DNA of 64,000 nucleotides from Perkinsus olseni (Eukaryota): NCBI GenBank assembly GCA_013115125.1, contig JABANN010000038.1, positions 1 to 64,000 of the forward strand, read 5' to 3'. Shown piece by piece: positions 39,201 to 51,800 of this stretch (position 1 is its first letter; each line of letters starts with the position of its first letter). The notes under the pieces were generated by a model. It saw only the letters and a program-made list of their open reading frames with translations, ran no database searches and was not told where the DNA came from. The position numbers and the translations under genes were made by a program.

Positions 39201-40055
39201 GGCTGGACGAGTCAGCTCGGTGCAGGACGGACCAGGTCTGCCGAGCTCCCAGCACTACAGGCGTATAACTCCGCTGCTCAGGGACCAACTATCTGACAGA
39301 TCTGCTGGATGTCGTGCTCAATGCACCAAACTCTGCACCTGGATTTGTGAAAATGCAACTTCTGCGAGCCTTCAAGAAGCTCCCCGCCGAGGATGGTGGC
39401 GGATATCAGATAGCGTACACTAGTGTTGATCTTAGTGATGAACTCGTCAGCCGAGGGCCAGGCGTCCCGGCAGGGATGTGGCGTGGCCATGGTAAGCAAG
39501 GCAGACCACACCAGCATGTTCATTAAGCGCTTCGCCGCTCCCGTTCTACTTCCCGCGTGGTGCCTGCCGGAGGGTTCTCGCTTGATGTTTCAGTACCATT
39601 ATCCTCCGGCCCTAGCCCATCCGTAACCTTGCCAGTGACTCCCGTGTCACCTAATTTGGACCGAGGCGGTGCAGGAGGGCAAACATACTTGTTCTCGAGT
39701 ACCCTAGACTGTCGTAGTGCTAACCTTAGTCCCTGTGGCATGGTAATCCAGCCATGTGGTGACGATGGAAGTAGGACTTCGTAGCTTCCATCGTAGCCGC
39801 TTGATGAAATTAGTTTTCTCAGATTGCTGTGAGGTATCGGCTGCAGCTATTTTCGGGATGGACAGCATCAACCTCGTCAGCGGAGATCTCCTGGGAGAGT
39901 ACATTTTCTTCTGGCCTACACTCGAGGTAGGTGGCACCAGGGTTCCGCTCCGCCGATTTTCCTCTCAGAATCTCGTCTACATCCTCCAGAACGTCGCTTC
40001 GCTGTTACCGGCTTATCCCTACGAGTTCCATCACCCTTTCATTGAGTGGATGTAG
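36236..40055 (+). CDS. PX (phox) domain protein with a C-terminal START-like domain, multi-exon
   Basis: YTVKLHL..WTVYRRY, LPELPPKTLLG|LDPEFVAKRREGLQAYLDNLL (PX). The C-terminal GFVKMQLLRAFKKL..YQIAYTSVD..CGMVIQPCGD..CEVSA is START-like; this part is less certain. Confidence 0.65.
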
Positions 40056-41249
40056 GCGAAGTGCTGGCGCCGTGGCAGTTTCCCATGCCGTTTTTTTTCA
40101 GTTACACGGGTTTAGGGCCTGATAATGCATGCCCTGGGGAAGCAGGTTCTCCGAAGCGCCCAAGAGGCCAGCCAGCGTCTCCCGGTAGCCCGCCCGACCT
40201 CGGTCGCTTCGGAGGAGCGGGTCTGGATCACCCCGTGGAGCTTTCGATGGAATCTTGACGAACGTGTGTTGGTAGCTAGCGAGAACTGCGACTTATTAAT
40301 CATTTGTTTCACTTGCGCAGCTCATCGTTTAGTGATTGATGTCCCACCCGCTACCTTCGCCACAGTTCTTGCCATGCCCCGACCTCCTAATGGCCTTCGC
40401 TGTCCCTGGCCCGCATGATGCTGCAGCGACGTCGTTTGCGATACCCTCGGTCCCCCAGCTCTACTCCTTCCACCTCGGTACGCCAATGGTCCCGGTGGGC
40501 TCGACCTTTCCGTCTGTCAGGGCACGGGATCGCAGCCACTGATGTTGATACTGGCTCATATGACCATCGCCTCACTTGCGGCCCAGAGCTCCACCGTGAC
40601 TTGTACCGATACACCCATCCGGGCATCCTCTTCAGGCACCCCATGAAAGACGTGCATCTTGTTCTCAAAGGAACTCGTGGAGAGTGCAACGGCAAGGTTT
40701 ACCTCGACGCCAAATATGCGCTCCATGGCGGCAGGATTCTGGGTCGGAATCGCCGGCCTATCGGTGGAGGGCGGCCTCTCATGCGCTCGATCTGCACCAA
40801 GCCTGGGGAAGAGGAGGAGTAGGCCCGTCTCGGTGTGTTAGAGAATGCCACTGATCGACATGACCCCGAGACCGAGTACGCCCTGCTGCAGTTACAAGCT
40901 GTTCGTGAGTGGCCACTACGCGAATGGTCGAGCCCTTGAAACGAGCCTAGGCATTCACTCGGACCACATCCATGTACCGCAGGTCCCTCCAAGGCAGATG
41001 TAGGTGTCACTGCCATGTGCCTGGCCCTTAGTATCTTCCTCAGGCGGCCGCTCATCCCAAAGCATCTTCCGCCTCAGTGGCGTGTACCCTTCAGTCTCGA
41101 AGACTACAATTTGTATAAGTGGCTGTGACATGTTGCTTCTGAGCTTGTTTTTTTGTCGCGTTCTCTCTGCCCTCCTTTCCGAGGAGGCCCTTGAGCGTTT
41201 CGTCCTGAGTGCACTCCATGCAGATTGATAAAGTCGTTTGACGCCTTCC

Positions 41250-43202
41250 ATGACCGGCCCGACCCCGGCAGTGCAGCCCCCGAAGGACGGGATTCCGAGG
41301 CAGTTGCGCATGTGCGCTCCCAATGAGCAGTCGGAGTCCTCCTATTCCCCAATATTCCGCCGAGTTGAAGCTGGCTTGATCAAGGCCCTTGCGTCCCGGC
41401 CCAAAGAGGAGGTTCGTTTAGCGGCCTCTCTGGTAACGTTGAGTGACAAAATAACCGGTGAGCCTATTGGCCTTCCCATCAAACGGTCCAGTGGCTGGTG
41501 CTTCCTGGACCCGGCTGGCACTTTCAACGCCAGCGAAGATGCTCTTCGGGACCCCTTGAAGGCCCTCGAGTTCCTCAAGGCTCACGAGGCTGGTTGGACT
41601 AGCGTTGACGTCTCAGAGGCGAGCTCTGCCCCTACAGGGTCAGAGGAGGTCGTTGAAAGGTTTCTGATGTACCGGCCTGAGAGCTCCGTTCACCTACGCG
41701 TGGATATCTGCGTTCCCCAGGAAGACTATTCTGGTAGCGAAGGCGCTTGCACTGTCCTCCGCTTCAACAAGGGCCCGGACTTGTGGTGGCGAGTGGTTGT
41801 CCAGAGCCAGGCCTTACGGGTTGATGTCAATCCTCTACTACTTCGGAATCAGTATACTAGAATGATTGGCAAGCATACCCATGGGCTCAGTGTTGCTGTC
41901 CGAGACCTCCTCAGAAATGCGGAGTCCCTGGCTGTCATGGCCGACACCATGCCTCCGCCCCCGCTGTGCTACGAGAACCTCTTCACCTCTACAGGAGCAG
42001 CAGCGAGCTATAACGTCGAGGACCACTACGATCGGAAAACGAGAAATCAGATCTCACAAGGTGAATCTGAAGTTGGCGCCTTGCGGAAGTACAATAACTT
42101 GGTCAAGCGAGTCCTCATCGATAAGTTCGTCCCTTCTCACGGGCCAGTTGTGCTGGATCTAGCCTGTGGACATGGTCAGGATCTCTGGAAGTACAGCGCG
42201 TGCAAGCCCCGGTAAGCTTGAACGTGTCCTTTTTAGCGCAGCCAAGCAGGTCTTTCGATTGCGCTGTGAACGTTCCCTCTACATCAGGCTATACGTTGGG
42301 GTCGACATCTCAGCGGAGGCCATCGAAGAAGCCAGACGACGATATGCAGAGAGCGAGCGAAAGCTCCAGTATCGTGCAGTCTTCATGCTAGGCAATCTGG
42401 AGGACGAGGCCACGTTCCAAAGGGTGAGCTCGTGCTACTGTGCTTACGTGCTGCCGAGTGCCCGTTCGCGCGCGTCACGCTCTTTAGCGTCATGTGTGAC
42501 GCCGTCCCCTGATTCCAGCTGTGACGTGAATTCCCTCGTGCTTTGTCGTTTCAGGTTCTAGAAATTGCCAAGCAAGAAGGCGTTAGCTCAGGGGAGAACC
42601 GCCGAGTGTTCGACACCGTGTCGATGCAGCTAGCCATGCACTATCTCATGAAGAGTGGAGAGGCGGCCCAGCAATTCCTCGGACGGGTCGCAACGGTGAT
42701 CAAGCCCGGTGGAAATTTCATCGGCACCATCCCGTGCAGTGAGACCATCGTCAGCAGGCTCAAGCGTGCCAACCTCTCTCCCGATGGCTCCTCCAAGTTC
42801 GGAAATGAAGTCTATAGTGTGACATTTGAGAAGGACCAGCTGTTCAAGCTGGCGCCATCCGACCCGGCTCCTGCTCCTGGGGACGGTCACCAGGGTGTTC
42901 TGGCCATCGACCACAAGAAGTGCTCAACGGAATGGGGCGTCGTATATCAGTTCTGGTTGATGCAGAGCATTGACGATCAAGCTGAGTACTTAGTTCCCTT
43001 CAAGGCCTTCGACGCGGTGGCGCGCCTCGCCAATCTCAAATGCGTGTTGCATGCAAACTTCGGTGCCTTCCTCGAACACTACGAGACCAAGAGTGAGGTC
43101 GTGAAAAAGTTCCGATGGAATCACTCGGACTTGGTTCTGTCGCCCGAGGAGGATCAAGTATTCAAGTTGTATACGACGTTCGTCTTCACCTGTACTTCGT
43201 GA
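41250..43202 (+). CDS. RNMT: mRNA cap guanine-N7 methyltransferase (RNMT/Abd1 family) with an N-terminal degenerate triphosphate-tunnel-like domain; exons 41250-42211, 42288-42423, 42555-43202
   Basis: VEDHYD..LRKYNNLVKRVLI..VLDLACGHGQDLWKY; YVGVDIS; FDTVSMQLAMHY; IKPGGNFIGTIP; FGNEVYSVTF; YQFWL..EYLVPF; LYTTFVF. Introns are GT-AG and in phase. Confidence 0.93.
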
Positions 43203-43308
43203 CACTCTGACCTATTTCGATGAGTTTTCTCATGGCCACTTGCGTTGGGCGGAGATCTTTTACAATGGTTCGCCTCTGCTCGTAGCTTTCTCCTCTCCAT
43301 ATGGCCAT

Positions 43309-45338
43309 ATGAATGCCAAGTCTCAACCACCAACTTTGTTTGAAGTTCTAGGCGTTCCGCCGTCAGCGAACAAGCAGCGTATCAGGAGAGCGTATCTCGA
43401 TCTGTCTCTGAGATTCCACCCGAACTCCATTGGCGCCGAGTCCGATGATACCCGTCAAGCCGCCGAAGAATTCTTCAAAACCATCAAAGATGCCTATGAC
43501 ATCCTCTCAGATTCTCACTTGCATGCTTGCTATCTGGAGAATATGCGCTTTGGCTCAAGCGCAGCACTTGTTGCTGTTGAGCGAGCTCGACAAGGGCGAG
43601 CTGTCAACAAGCGAGTGGATGCCCTGCAGTTCTACGCGGACGCTCTCAATTTATTCCCTAATCTTACTCAAGGCTCCGACCCGCTTGCTGGAGACTTACC
43701 TACCGGCAATGCAACGGAAACGCATGGTCCTAATTTAACGAGAGGATTATTTGCTCACCCCTATGCTCGACCTCAAGTCCCCCCTAGCACCTCTTCGCGC
43801 TCACCACAGTACCCACTGCGGCCACCCATGCAACAGCCGGGTCAGCAGAAGCAAATGCAAGGCGAGCTCCTGCTCGGCGTCACGCTCTCATCTACCGGTT
43901 TCTATGTCTACGTATACCTGGGGCCTGGCCAATTTGTGAGGGGACCGGATCGTCCGACGCTGTTCTTGGCAGTGAGCGACGGTGCACGGTTGGTCCGGGG
44001 CATGGAGAACCGCAAGATCTACGAAGTGCTCGCTGTACTTTTGGAGGAGGCCCGCCAACCATGGGCCGTCCAAACTCAAGGGTTCGGCTCGATGGTCCCT
44101 GAGCGGGCAACACCGGGCATTTACCGGGAAGGTGAAACTTTCGCCAGGCACCTTCCACCCGGTGGCCTTGTTCCAGGAGAAGCCTCTACAAACATCGCTT
44201 CCACTAACACGACCCCGAGCTCGTGGAATCAGGCTGCAATGAGTGCTGGTCGCCATGTAGCGTATCCGTCAACAGGAGGGGTGAGCTGGGTTCATGGGCT
44301 TTGTCGCAAGCCAGCTACCATCGGTCATTACGTTCAGGTGAACAGTACCCATCCAATGCCCCTGAACCTACAGATGGGAAGTCTTCCGAATTGCCCTCCG
44401 TCGACAGGCTATGGCTACAATACGAACGGTGGCTCTGGATCCCTCCCGAGAGTGCCTCCGCTGTGGGAGACGTTGAGCGTGAAGGAGCTCATTGAGATGC
44501 ATGGGAAGTGAGTGCAGTGCTCGAGCTTTCCGTCCGAGCTCACCCCCGTAATTCAGGGATGTGTGGGAGTTCTTCCCGTTGGAGGCTCGACGAAAATTCT
44601 TCAACTTTGCAATGAGGTTCTACATCCCCAGAGAGCGGCCCCACGCAGCACAGCCGCGCTCACCACCCGAGTTCAGAGGGCTGCCTCATCACGTCTTTGA
44701 CGCTTACGTAGTCATGTTCTTCCGTTATCTTAAGGTAGGGCAATCGATATCGGGAGAGCCCGGTGCGCCACGGGGAAGAATTTTTGGTCAGATTGTTAAC
44801 GACATCGAAACCAACATCGCTCAGAGTGAGGGCGGCCTTGAGAGATTCCCCACACACTTTCCTGATGGCACTGCCATCGACGACTACCTCATGGGGGAAG
44901 GCATGAATTTTATGCGGCGGTATGGCCAACTCTATCTGATTAGACTCACTATCGAGAGATTAAGGTGCCGTTGTCTCTTGTTGCCTAGTGTGTGTGATCA
45001 TTTTTGCTGTTCTTAGCACGAGTGACCCCACGTATCTGGCTAGCGTGTCCCAGAGGATAACAGCGCAGACCCGTCGTACCCCGCCAATTTGGAAGGAGGA
45101 TCCGACGTGGACTTGGACGGAAACTGACGACTTGAAGTTGCTCTGCTCGCTTGAGGAGAACGGCTTGGGCGAGCTCGTGGAGAGCTCCGCTCTCGTGGCA
45201 GGGGACTCCCTACGTTGGCCCCCATCCAGCATTGAGAACCCGAAATTTCAATCATTCATTTATGCTCGCTTACAGTGGCTTATGAACGGCTTAGTTGGCG
45301 TCAGCAGGGTTGCTAGAGGAGCGGTGAATCGTACGTAA
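43309..45338 (+). CDS. J-domain (HPN variant) protein with a C-terminal CHD3/Mi-2-like SANT/SLIDE-type region; probable introns 44508-44557, 44734-44790, 44965-45016
   Basis: TLFEVLGVPPSANKQRIRRAYLDLSLRFHPN..FKTIKDAYDILSD (DnaJ). The C-terminal exons resemble the CHD class II C-terminal domains (see findings). Confidence 0.8.
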
Positions 45339-45824
45339 CATTATCATATATCATTCTGGATTATCCTCGTTTGCGGGATCCTGTGTTGAGTAGTAGTCTT
45401 TGCCATGCCGACATTACTACGAGTGCCTCCGTGAACAGCAGCGGAGGTTTTAAGCTGAATGGTTCGACAACTCGAATTGCGTCGTGTCTACTCTGCCCTT
45501 ATGTGTCGCCGTATTCTCGACATAAGCGTCGAAGTTCGTCAAGCATGATAGCATGCCATCGTACTCGTGAGAAAAGGGCGATTGCCAGTCTGCTGGAACC
45601 TCCGTATTCTCGTTTATACTAATTCACACCGACAAAATCATCTCGTAACGTGCGCAGCGTCGCTCATGTACAGCACTTATGCGTCTTACGGTGTAAGGGA
45701 TCAAACTAACTCATTCCGGCTGAGCGATTCGAGATGAACAGCAGATAACATCGACTACTCGGAACACGACACCTTTTATTATAGTTCAACACCGCATTTC
45801 ACTTCCAACTCTCTCATGAACACA

Positions 45825-48800
45825 TTAATCATCAATTTGAGTCAACATGGCTACACCGCGCTTGACCCAGAAAGTCTCGTCGTGTTCCGGCGCGATCGGG
45901 AGGAAGATCATCATCACATGGTTTGTCGAGTGACCCGAGGTCGAAAGCGTACCTAACCGAGCATTTCAGTGAGCTTCCGCAGGGTGCGTAGCCATCTGAG
46001 CGTCAATTTATCATCTCGCTGCTTCCCTCACCTCTTCTCTCGCTCGTCTTATACACCGGGCAGGTGTATATCCGCCCGTAGTTCGTCTCGTCCTTGTCCA
46101 TCTCGACCGGCTTCAGCCAAATATATGGAACTTCAGAGAACAACACCTTAGGGAACGAGTCCGCGATCACCATGGTATCATCATCCCATCTGAAAGAGCC
46201 ACTGCATTAACTCAGCGCCCCCTCGAGACCACTCACCTTGCTCCATCCATGAAAAGCCCTCGGATGATGCAGCCTCTTTCGGGCTCCTCCGGCGCCGTGA
46301 TGTCTGCTTTGAGAACTTCCATATTCCAAATACATCGGTCGATAGCGATCTTATCCTTCCGCGCAAAATTCTGCAATACTCCAGTCAAGAATGCTTGCTG
46401 GAAGAAGAAGCCCGAAAACCAGAACACCGTAGGAGCGTCCATCTTTATCCAATCCTCGAAGAACTGCAGACGCTGCAGGAAGTCGGCAACGTAACTGCCC
46501 AGCGGCTTCAGGCTAGGATAGGAGACCTTCGCCCACACCGAAGGGACTTTGTTGCTGAGCAAACCTTCGGCCACCTCCTCGAGATCAGGGCTGAAGACGA
46601 CCTGACCCTTCACTGCCTTCTGTAAGTTGACCAGAGTATCTCTTAGTCGGGTGAGCAGTTTATTGCATTTCAGAAGCTCCTGCACGAGAACGGTGTTCAA
46701 GCACTGGTCGTAGCGCACCGGATACGCTCTTTGAACCGCCTCGACGTCGAAGTTCTTAGGCAGCGTTGCGACAATCTCAGCGGCCTTCTCGCCGTAGATT
46801 TCCTCAGGACTTTGTTCCTTCTCGCCCTCCTCAGCATCTCCACCACCTGTCTTGGGCATCAGCATCACCGCTGTTTTCAATATCTCCATCCCTTCATTGA
46901 TAGCCGCAGTAAGGTTCGCGTTGTTGTGCAACCAGAAGACTTCTGGCGTCTGGTTGATCGGAAGGCCTCTGATGTATTCCATATACGAGGAAAGTGTTCC
47001 CTCTTCAGGAGCGAAGTAGATGCCGCTCACGCTGAACTTGTAGTCATCTTTCAGAATCCTTTCAGTGTAGTAATCGGTCAAAATGTGAACGATTGCGCGA
47101 CGGTCCTGCGCGTCCGTGACCCTGCCGCCGTAGTTTGCCTCAGCGACCATGTAACTCAGAGCCTTCCACGGGATACCCTCGAACTCATCCAAGAAATTCT
47201 TGAGCTGCTGACGGGAGATGTCGCGATCGGGCTCGGAAAATTGGTAAGGAATGTTCCATCCCAATGGACCGAACTGCCTCCGCTCCAGAATGACGGCGTG
47301 GAAGAAGCAGAGACCGAAAAGGAGTTTCTTGAAGGCATGCGGTTTGCTGCAACTTTCGAACCATTCTTCCTCCATACCTACAACCAGCGACTTTGAAATC
47401 GTCGGGACAGCGGTCAAGATCCTACCCATGTAAGCTCGCACTAGACTGTTCTTCAACCCCTTTGGCGGTTCTAGCGTCATCTTGATGCCGTTCTGCAGGA
47501 CCGAAATCGGGAAGGCGGGACTTGGCATAGCAGTGAGCCAAAGACGGAATTCCGGGTTGATTTCGTCTTCTCGGAAGTCCTCAACAACCTGCAAGCTCAG
47601 CCAGCGCGTGGAGTACAACGACAAAGATTGTAGTTAACCGCCTTGCCTTCTCCAACACAGGCATCCAGCTGACAGCCAAGTGGCAGTTCTGCAGCAACAC
47701 CCATTTGCCGTGCTTCGTTCCTTCTTCAAGAGCCGCCATCGCCTTGGGACCTAGCAGGGAACTTCTACCACGCCAAACCAACATCGATCGATCGGAGGAA
47801 GTTATTATTGTGAACGATAGATTAATCTACGCTAAGCACAGGCTAGTAGCGGAACGCCATCAAGCCACCCCGCCGTGGATATTACCCTGCCCTTGACCCA
47901 AACTGATCGCGGAGATGTTTGCCAGCATATCCTTGCCCTCTGCCAACTTAATGATGTCAGCCATCGGGTCACTGCCACTGGATAAGACGAACACCAGTGG
48001 TATTGATGATTTGGAGTCGTTGTAGCAGGCCTCAAGGTCGAATGGTGGAGGTTCCAGGAAGAAATTGCCTGAGCCGAAAAATAACCAGTTGACGTCACGA
48101 GTACCACCCCGCCATGTTAACAGGTGTCTCCCGAATTCTATCAAGTGCCAGTCAAGAGCCCTCACCAAGTTTCTTCTCCACGATCTCCTGTATCGCAGGC
48201 ACCAGTGCGTCCGCTCGAATCGCCAGCAGCACCAAAGCCTTCTCCAACGGGGTACACTTCTTGTCGAAACTATTCGGCCATTCCATATCGCGGGGATTAT
48301 CCGAATCAAATATCCCCTGAGCATCAGATGTACTGCACAATCGAGGACAGTTAAATGTTCCTCACCTTCCACCCCTCGATCTGCGACTTGAAGACCTCGT
48401 GGAAGTCTTGGAAGGTCTCTCCGAGCTTAGACAACTCCAGTACTCTCCCCCAGGAAATATCTGAGAAGCGTGTTACAGCGGAGCACGCACAAGCTGGACT
48501 TATCCGTACCAGTCAGCCAAGGGGTATCTGCGGGCTTCCCTTCGGACGGAGCACCGCCGCCTCCTCCACCAGTGAGGAAGAGGCGCATCTGCTTGAAGTT
48601 GAGCTCCTTATCTACTTCTTGCATCTTGAATGCGAGTTGCATCGAGTACAGTAGCCGATGGGCTTCGAACAGAGACCGGCACACCATAACGTACAGCAGC
48701 CGAATGGTGGAGCTGAAGAGAGAATGATCGAATCGGAGACAAAATCGCTCGCGCGCTAGCATGCACTGACGGGTTGCGGGCAGGAGAGCTGCGAACTAGC

Positions 48801-51800
48801 TCTCATCGTGGTGCCGGTGGTCGGTCCTACCTCGCCAGATTTGCCATTCGTTCAGGAGGCGAATTGGCCTTCTCGGCCTGGTCGATCGACATTATGAATA
48901 TCATGATGAACCAGTCGAGCGAGTACTGGTACATAGGGTCCACGATACAGAGGTCAGAGACGACGAAGAACAGCGAAGCAGACCTGAAAAGACGCTAGAG
49001 ATCAGCACCACAAGAGCGGTGACAAGCATGGCAATTGGGGAACAAAAATTCAAACTTTTGGACTCAGTCAAGCAATCAATGATAATAACCTTATCGATGC
49101 TTTATGATGTATTAACATTCGCGATCGAGTGGCACTCCGCCTCAACAAACCACGTTATGATTCCACGGCCGAAGGATGAATCCAGGCCAGGCGGGCCTCG
49201 CTTGGAATTGACCACTATCTCACATTCTGACTCATTCTAGCTCGAAACCGGACAACGACCGCGAACCTCACCTCAACGCCAAGGGCCGATACGACTGCCT
49301 CGTCTCCTGGATCTGTGCCGCGGTTCTCTCCTGCTGTTGCACTTGCTCCTCGATTTTCTGACTGGCAATCTTCGAGTTGGAGAGTGTCTCGATAAGCTCC
49401 TCATCATCCAAGATGTTACCTACAGCGGAGCGATGCATAATAAACTTCCACACAACTTAGCTTACCAGTGGCGCTAGAGAGTAATGCCAGAATGCGGTCT
49501 TCTATCTCCTTGAGCTGTGCTTTCGACTGAGCGCTCTCCACGACCAGACTCACACGCTTCGCCTCGATGTCCGGCTCCTCTTTGGCAACCACGATACCTT
49601 GCACGGCAATGAAATAGTGTGCAATTAGAGAACATCTCAGAGAGCCAAATCTCCGAGCAGCGCCAATATCCCAATCGCGCAAACTGATGAACTAACTTGT
49701 CAGCGAGAAACTGGGTGGATGTAGATGAGTACGCATAAGTTATGTGTATGCGGCATAACGTCCAACGCGCCAATCTCTCTCACCGAGCATTTGGTCCTGT
49801 AAACCGTCCACTGTCGCCATGAAATTGAGGATCGTGACCGAGACGCAGATTTCGGGCGCATAATGAGGATTTGGCAGCTTCGTCGTGAAGTACAGACGGA
49901 AGTCCTTTGACCACTCTATCGTGCTATCACCAAGGCGAATCATCTCGAGGTTGCCCTAAGCAAGAAAGTTTTCGTGGCGCAGTGACATAATCGGAACGAA
50001 CCTGTTTGAACGTGGCTTTCTGCAGCAGGGGGTCCAGCATAGGGTCCAACGTCTCCGCGATGTTCTCGATCAATACCGGATTCCCGAATTGAATCGCATT
50101 CTCGAGCTCCCTAGCGTAGTTCTTCGACAACCGTAAGACCTGAAATAGTCGTTCGAACAACCACTGATTTGTCGAGCTCTTGCCTGCAAATTTTTCTCCA
50201 TATTTTTGATCCACTTGTTGGCTTGCTGCTGAGGATCTATCATTAACGGCCATCGGCGTGAGTTGCTCATGATGATGGCATTATCAATCGAGAGGGCATC
50301 ATTCGGGAGCTTATCAATGACCCTGAGAAATGGGCAACGTCCAACACCCGCTAGTCGCCCACACAACTGATTCGGAGCTCTAGTAGCGCCTCAACAGGTT
50401 TGAACTCTGTCGACCCACCATTGCCGGATCTTAACCGCATCTCCAATGCAGGTCTGCAGATTGAATTGGGCACTTGCGGGGATCTTGAGCTCTTGCAATT
50501 TCCCCAACCATTTGTCCATCACATCCGACCGATAGGAGGCCGTGAACACGCCTGAGCGGGTGCTTATGAAGGAGGATATCCGAGCATCGGTTCGCATACC
50601 AAGGTAGGCGATGATACCGCTTGCGATTAGGATGTCTCCGGACAAGTTGTTGTAGTCAGTTCCGAGTCTGTTGGAGGCGGCCGTCCATCTCGACTTCTCT
50701 CCGCCAAGACCAGTGATCAGTTTCTCGGCTCTGCGAACAGATTTGCATGGACATCACAGAGACTCGGGTAACGACTCGAGCGATGGATAGGTGAGACAGA
50801 CCGTCGACCGTATCGGACATCGTTCAGGGCAACGCGAACAAGAGCGAACGATCTGCCAGCCAATTCCAAGCCACCTTTTTCATCGCCGGCGGACATAACG
50901 AACAGAACCCGTTACCTGATAAGTTTCGCAGCGCAGTCGTCCCTCTGCTTCTGCAGCTCCTCCATGTACTCTTTCGCGTTGTTCAAGTCCGACACCAACT
51001 TGTCAACCAATGCGATAACTTCGGCAAGCTCCGCTTCTTTCTCGGCCAACTTCGCCTTGGCCGCTGCTGCCTTTCCTTCCGCCTCGGCCAATGCTGCCCT
51101 CTTAGGCCCCACTTCCTTGGCGACTTTATCATACACGACCATCGCTCGAGCCCATTTGCAGATACCCATCGCTGCGATGGAAGCCTTCTTGATCACCTCA
51201 GGCTCGAAGTTAGGATCGTCATAAAGCGGTTTGACCTGAACAACAGACTCACCCTCCCCTACTACGTTCACGAACAACCGAGGCATGGGCGAAGAATGAG
51301 TGAGCCGCTCACCTTTTTCATGGCATCTTCAGAAATATTATCTTTATCAAAGTTGATGAGCCTATCGAGTAGCCTTGGGTCGCCGAGCAACTCCTTCTTG
51401 GCCGGTTCCCAGAAGTCATCGACCTTCCCTTTACCGTCGGGTGCTGGCACTTTGTTGGGTTTCACGCCAAAGAAGTAGCACAAGGCTTGAGCCACCAATA
51501 CAACTCCCCCTAAATTGAAAGCGAGCAGTGAGACGATTAAGAGCGGAAACTCAGCAGTCGAGTTCAGACACCCGCGAGATAAATTCGGCGAAAATCTGAT
51601 CCCCCCTCAGTCCGAATGAGTCGCTTGAAACGGGGTCGAGACTCACCTGGCGGAGTCTTCATCGCCTTCACTTCAGTAATATCTCCTTTACTGAGCTTGC
51701 TAAGAGCATCCACCGCCGCGTCCAACGCTGGCATCGCCGCGGCCAGGTCCTTCTGGCAGTCGGCCGCGATTTCCTCAGCGGCACTCGCCTGTTCGTTAGC

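Noticed and set aside
40338-41200. Coding-like ORFs upstream of the cap methyltransferase as a possible guanylyltransferase
   Set aside because: No KxDG or other nucleotidyltransferase motif found, and the frames are interrupted by stops; left unassigned.
7700-43202. Apparent cluster of RNA-metabolism genes (PWI, KRI1, KH, RS-rich, cap MTase) as a functional operon
   Set aside because: Interspersed with unrelated housekeeping genes on both strands; RNA-related genes are common enough to co-occur by chance.
43545-43562. TTGGCTCAAG, matching the 3' end of the spliced leader
   Set aside because: A 10-nt match inside a coding exon; no SL RNA gene context.
45987-46006. CGTAGCCATCTG..TCAA, resembling the perkinsid/dinoflagellate spliced leader
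   Set aside because: Only 12 contiguous matching bases, antisense within a dynein intron and not upstream of any gene; compatible with chance.
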